Below, one piece after another: positions 60,254 to 64,000 of a DNA stretch of 64,000 bases. Made by a program: the position numbers and the translations under genes. The notes under the pieces were generated by a model. The model did no database searches and was not told where the DNA came from. It was given only the letters and a program-made list of their open reading frames with translations. Source of the stretch: an uncultured Bacteroidales bacterium (lineage in GTDB: Bacteria; Bacteroidota; Bacteroidia; Bacteroidales; VadinHA17); assembly GCA_963765005.1 (NCBI GenBank), contig CAVXUP010000009.1, positions 77,609 to 141,608 on the forward strand. The letters are read 5' to 3'. The first letter of the stretch is position 1; each line of letters opens with the position of its first letter.

Positions 60254-61696
60254 TCAAATATTTATTACATCCGGCTTATAAACAATCTTCCAGATAGTAT
60301 CCTTAATACCGCCTATTAGCTTATAATTCAAAAGAATAAAAACTATCAGAACAATTATGCTCCCATATTTAAACTCAAAGAAAGTCATGACACATGCTGC
60401 AGTATACGGAATAAAAAGCCGTAGGGGAAAAGCTTCAAGGAATACCTGTATCATGTTGATTTCATCACCCATTCTTCTTTTGCTGAAGAGAACCAGGAAA
60501 TATACATATATGAAATATGAGATCAGCGAAGCCAGAATTACATAACTATAGCTTGTTTTAATAATCACCGCAAGGAAAAGAGCGATGGATATATTTAGGA
60601 CAAGTACCGTAAATGCAAGGGCTGAGATTGTTTTTTCCCTGTTTTGTGCCATCAGGTATGCACCATATCCTTCACCATTTGTATATGCAAGCAGAGTAAG
60701 CGTAGTCAGGTTGAGAACCTCAAGTGTACCTTTGTATTTTGGAAAGAAAGAAAGAAAAAGAGGAAACACAACCATTGCCACATACATAAAACCCTGTGAA
60801 AGAGTAACAAAATTGGTTCGTATAAATTTAAGATTATATTTAATTGCAGTACTGTCGGGTGATGATAACCTATCAATTACTTTTGGCAGCACCAGGAAAG
60901 TGAATCCTTCAAGGAAAAGAAGGATGGCATTTGCAATATTGAAGGCGAATGTGAAATAGCCAAATTCTTCGACAGTATAGAAATAGCTTATTATACTTCT
61001 TGTCGCGATAACAATAAAATAGAAACTGATATTATATATGAAAAGGTACTTGCCTTTCTTCAGGATAGAATTGGCAACAGACATGTCTGGTTTTGAGGAA
61101 AAGGTGGCAACCTTTCCAACAGTGAATACCAATATAGCCAGCAAATGCCCGATTATATAAGCAAACAGCAGGTAAATCAGCAATATTCTGTCCGTTGCGA
61201 TAAAAAGTGAAATGAAGGTCAGAGCTACAACAATTGACTGATAGAAGGAGATTTCATAGACACGGTTATTCACCCTGTATATTACCATGAAGAGATTATT
61301 GAAATGTGAACAAATCCCAATAACACAAACCAGATAAACAAGCCATCCTCCCTGGTATTTCTCAAAAATCGGAATGTCAAAAGCAAAATAATATATGGCA
61401 AAGAGGATAATCAGAAATGCCAGAATGCCTGTCAGGAAAAAGGATGTGACAACATATTGATTTCTCTTAGGCACATCATCTTTATACTGGACAAGCAAAA
61501 CATTCATTGCATGTGAAATGCCAAAATTGAAAAGTTGCAGGTAATTCAACAGCAATAATAAGAAACCCCAAATGCCGAAGTAATAAGGACCTAGCTTCAA
61601 AGCGACAACCATTGATACAATAAACTGCACGAAATATGTTAAATACCGTGTTGATAGAAAAAGAAAAATCTTATTTTTTACCAGAAGTCTGATCAT
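60254..61696 (-). CDS. Wzx-type (MOP superfamily) polysaccharide flippase, intact
   Basis: 480 aa with about 12-14 TM segments. The N-terminus 'FLFLSTRYLTYFVQFIVSMVVALKLGPYYFGIWGF' is typical of polysaccharide biosynthesis (Polysacc_synt) proteins. Confidence 0.8.
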   Translation of the reverse strand: MIRLLVKNKIFLFLSTRYLTYFVQFIVSMVVALKLGPYYFGIWGFLLLLLNYLQLFNFGISHAMNVLLVQYKDDVPKRNQYVVTSFFLTGILAFLIILFAIYYFAFDIPIFEKYQGGWLVYLVCVIGICSHFNNLFMVIYRVNNRVYEISFYQSIVVALTFISLFIATDRILLIYLLFAYIIGHLLAILVFTVGKVATFSSKPDMSVANSILKKGKYLFIYNISFYFIVIATRSIISYFYTVEEFGYFTFAFNIANAILLFLEGFTFLVLPKVIDRLSSPDSTAIKYNLKFIRTNFVTLSQGFMYVAMVVFPLFLSFFPKYKGTLEVLNLTTLTLLAYTNGEGYGAYLMAQNREKTISALAFTVLVLNISIALFLAVIIKTSYSYVILASLISYFIYVYFLVLFSKRRMGDEINMIQVFLEAFPLRLFIPYTAACVMTFFEFKYGSIIVLIVFILLNYKLIGGIKDTIWKIVYKPDVINI

Positions 61697-61866
61697 TCAG
61701 GTCGTTGATTATTGCAAAAATCTATTGAAGAAATGAGTAGTGTTACTCTAGTCAGATATCGGCATGGGAAAAATCCGGAAAAAGAAAAAAAATATCATCT
61801 TGCCTGACTTAAAGAATCAAAATATACTATCTGTGCAAAACATTCTGCAAAACATGATCAGGCAGA

Positions 61867-62637
61867 TTATAAAGTAAAGCCATCATCAACAATAATGTTT
61901 TGACCATTTATATACTGTGAGTTATCAGAGAGAAGAAATGCCAAAGTTCCCTTTATATCCTTGGGATCAAGCATACCTTTATTAATGCAATTTGCCTTAT
62001 AAGCTTTCAGGAAAGATTCAGGTTGTCCATCTAAAAGGCCACCAAGGGAAATCGCATTTATCCGGATATTTTTCTTCTGATAGTATTTCGCCATATACCT
62101 TGTAAGGTGAAGTATAGCTGATTTTATTGCAGCATACTCAACAGGCATAGTCATACTGGTGCCATCATATATCTCGAATCGCGGGGCAATTACTCCATAT
62201 ATCGATGAAATACTAATGATATTCCCAAAACCCTGGTTACAGTAGTATTTAAGAAATTGTTGCGAGGTCAGAAAATACCCTCCCAGGTTTTTATTTACAT
62301 TATCACAAAAATCCTCATACCTGACATCCTCGAATTTTCTGCCATAGTTCCTGTTCCGGGGATAAGCGTTGTTCACCAAAGCATCAATTCTTCCATACTT
62401 ATCATGAATGTCAGAGATCAACATTTGTATTGACCCTGTATCAATAATATCCAATAAGTGAAATTCAGCATTACAACCGGGCAAACTTTGTTTCAATTGT
62501 TCAACCAACTGGATGCCTCTTTTCTCATCTATTTCAGCAATAATGGCGGTACCATTGTTTTCCAGGACTGCCCTGACAAATTCCTGGCCAAGGAGACCAG
62601 CCCCGCCAGTAATAACAATTATCTTATCTTTTAACAT
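61867..62637 (-). CDS. Short-chain dehydrogenase/reductase (SDR)
   Basis: 256 aa with 'VITGGAGLLGQEF' (TGxxxGxG) and 'YAAIKSA' (YxxxK). Confidence 0.88.
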   Translation of the reverse strand: MLKDKIIVITGGAGLLGQEFVRAVLENNGTAIIAEIDEKRGIQLVEQLKQSLPGCNAEFHLLDIIDTGSIQMLISDIHDKYGRIDALVNNAYPRNRNYGRKFEDVRYEDFCDNVNKNLGGYFLTSQQFLKYYCNQGFGNIISISSIYGVIAPRFEIYDGTSMTMPVEYAAIKSAILHLTRYMAKYYQKKNIRINAISLGGLLDGQPESFLKAYKANCINKGMLDPKDIKGTLAFLLSDNSQYINGQNIIVDDGFTL

Positions 62638-62643
62638 GAAAAT

Positions 62644-63438
62644 TTACAGAATGGATTTATAAAATTCAATTTTCCTGTCCTGTTTAAAAGGAAATGATTT
62701 TCGCACAGCTTCAACTTCCGTTAATGAGGCTTCATATATTTTCAGACCTCTGAGAGATTGCACTGGTCTGATTTTTTTGCCTGACGGATCAAAAAGATCT
62801 GAACTGCTGATGTACTTTATGTGTCTCCCATCAATTCCTGTTCGGTTCACTCCAGCAATAAACAGCTGATTTTCGATAGACCTGGCCTTCAGCAATGTTT
62901 TCCAGTGCTCAATCCTGCTTGCAGGCCAGTTTGCTATTGTAATTATTATATTACATTCTTTTGACAAAGCTTGAAACAATTCAGGAAACCTGAGATCATA
63001 ACAGATTGTTAATCCAATATTTGCATCCAATATTTTACATGAGGCTATTTTGTCTCCGCCTGTGTAATACTTATCTTCTCCGGAATAAGCAAAAGGATGA
63101 ATTTTAGAATATGTTGATGCAACATTGCCTTTATGATCTATTATTATCAAATTATTTGTTGCTTTTTCTCCCTGGCGCAATACGATTCCGAAAGCAATAG
63201 AAATCTTATTCTGTATAGCAAGCTCGCTAAAAAAACCTATTGTTTGAGAATTTTCAGGATCTTCACTGATAAGGCTTGTATTCATTGAGAAGCCTGTCAA
63301 CGTCATTTCGGGAAAAATGATCAGATCACTACCGAATTGACTAGCAAGCTTAGCATACTTAGTGCATTGCTTCTCATTTGATTTTTTATCTTCCCAGGTC
63401 TGATTCAGTGAAACAAGTGCTATTTTCATGTATTTCAA
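62644..63438 (-). CDS. Carbon-nitrogen hydrolase (nitrilase-superfamily) protein
   Basis: 264 aa with the Glu-Lys-Cys triad context 'IIFPEMTLTGF', 'YSKIHPF' and 'GLTICYDLRFPE'. ATGA overlap with the upstream aminotransferase gene. Confidence 0.85.
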   Translation of the reverse strand: MKYMKIALVSLNQTWEDKKSNEKQCTKYAKLASQFGSDLIIFPEMTLTGFSMNTSLISEDPENSQTIGFFSELAIQNKISIAFGIVLRQGEKATNNLIIIDHKGNVASTYSKIHPFAYSGEDKYYTGGDKIASCKILDANIGLTICYDLRFPELFQALSKECNIIITIANWPASRIEHWKTLLKARSIENQLFIAGVNRTGIDGRHIKYISSSDLFDPSGKKIRPVQSLRGLKIYEASLTEVEAVRKSFPFKQDRKIEFYKSIL

Positions 63439-64000
63439 TTGAATGTTCTGAAAACTGGTTTAATAACAGCTCCAACCAGGAATTTATCGATCCCGGATTC
63501 CAGAGCTTTGGAGTATGTGTCCAGAGAATTTCTGACTGCGTTCATAGTAAAATCCAATTCATCACTTCTGTGAGCATATGAAATTGCTATCCATGGCATA
63601 AGAACACCATTCTTTATCATCTCCTGAGAAAACAGGGTACGGAAAGGCAGTGAAGGATTACCATCGTGATCTTTCGTTGAATAATTTGGAGAACATGGAA
63701 TTCCGTACGCTTCAAAGTAATCCTGAACACCCAATTGCTTTGCTATAGAATTAATTCCGTTTATTAATTCGTTTCCAAAGGACCATAAATGATCAACCAC
63801 ATTATTCTTTCTATAGTATTCTATTGTGCTGATAAATGCACCAAGACCGCACATTTCAGCACCATGAGTTGTCGAAGTAAGGAAAACTCTTTCGGTTCCC
63901 TCTTCCTTAATTCCCCCGATTTTCATGAATTCTCTTTTACCTGCAAGAGCACAAACGGAAAAACCATTTGCCATTCCTTTTCCAAATGTGCATAAGTCTG
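63435..64000 (-). CDS. Class III aminotransferase (glutamate-1-semialdehyde aminomutase-like). The N-terminal part lies outside the window.
   Basis: The frame stays open through the window edge: '...DLCTFGKGMANGFSVCALAGKREFM...' (PLP-lysine region), with the C-terminal domain following. Confidence 0.8.
   Translation of the reverse strand, partial: DLCTFGKGMANGFSVCALAGKREFMKIGGIKEEGTERVFLTSTTHGAEMCGLGAFISTIEYYRKNNVVDHLWSFGNELINGINSIAKQLGVQDYFEAYGIPCSPNYSTKDHDGNPSLPFRTLFSQEMIKNGVLMPWIAISYAHRSDELDFTMNAVRNSLDTYSKALESGIDKFLVGAVIKPVFRTFN

Noticed and set aside
61697-61866. Possible internal promoter in the 170-bp gap upstream of the intact wzx
   Set aside because: The - strand has only near-matches to TAnnTTTG ('TAGATTTTTG', 'TATATTTTG') with one extra T. 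This is too weak to call.

Overview
The window looks like a chromosomal segment from a Bacteroidota (Bacteroidia-like) genome. Support for this: TAnnTTTG promoter boxes, a long-form YidC, DUF349 and DUF4293 proteins, a TPR/TolB/OmpA fusion, and lipoprotein-rich TonB loci.

Layout:
- 1-6050 (- strand): a cobalamin-riboswitch-controlled B12 uptake operon. Order is riboswitch, TonB-dependent receptor, beta-propeller lipoprotein, binding protein, permease, ATPase.
- 6.2-27.4 kb: mostly housekeeping genes. These are a LacI regulator with a transglutaminase-like lipoprotein, yidC, pyrG, DUF349, an OmpA-family protein, queE, a 5'-nucleotidase, an S9 peptidase, a NamZ-like DUF1343 protein, yigZ and pyrBI.
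- 28.2-33.7 kb (+ strand): an RND efflux operon.
- 33.8-35.8 kb: a nucleoside phosphorylase and a Wzz-like gene.
- 35.8-64.0 kb (all - strand): about 28 kb of Wzx/Wzy-type surface-polysaccharide locus that continues past the window end.

I recognised no rRNA, tRNA, CRISPR array, transposase or integrase.

Main observations:
1. Frame disruptions are concentrated in two zones, 27.4-35.3 kb and 51.4-56.3 kb. They hit pyrI, a DUF4293 gene, the efflux adaptor, the TolC-like gene (six consecutive +1 frame steps), wzz, one wzx, a WbpL/WecA-like initiating transferase and a Wzy_C-type gene. More than 45 kb of other coding sequence is intact.
2. The polysaccharide locus carries two sets of initiating transferase, flippase and polymerase. 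One complete set is contiguous and broken.
3. A Wzy_C-type membrane protein carries an unusual tandem duplication of a 159-aa domain and is interrupted at an A8/T8 tract.
4. Gene content predicts 2,3-diamino-uronic acid chemistry with acetamidino and amide groups (WbpB/WbpE-like, WbpG/WbuX-HisH-HisF, AsnB-like).
5. An ATP-grasp/HAD pair sits where a PglD-type acetyltransferase would be expected in a PglC/PglE-like module.

All calls come from manual translation and motif recognition only. No database search was run.
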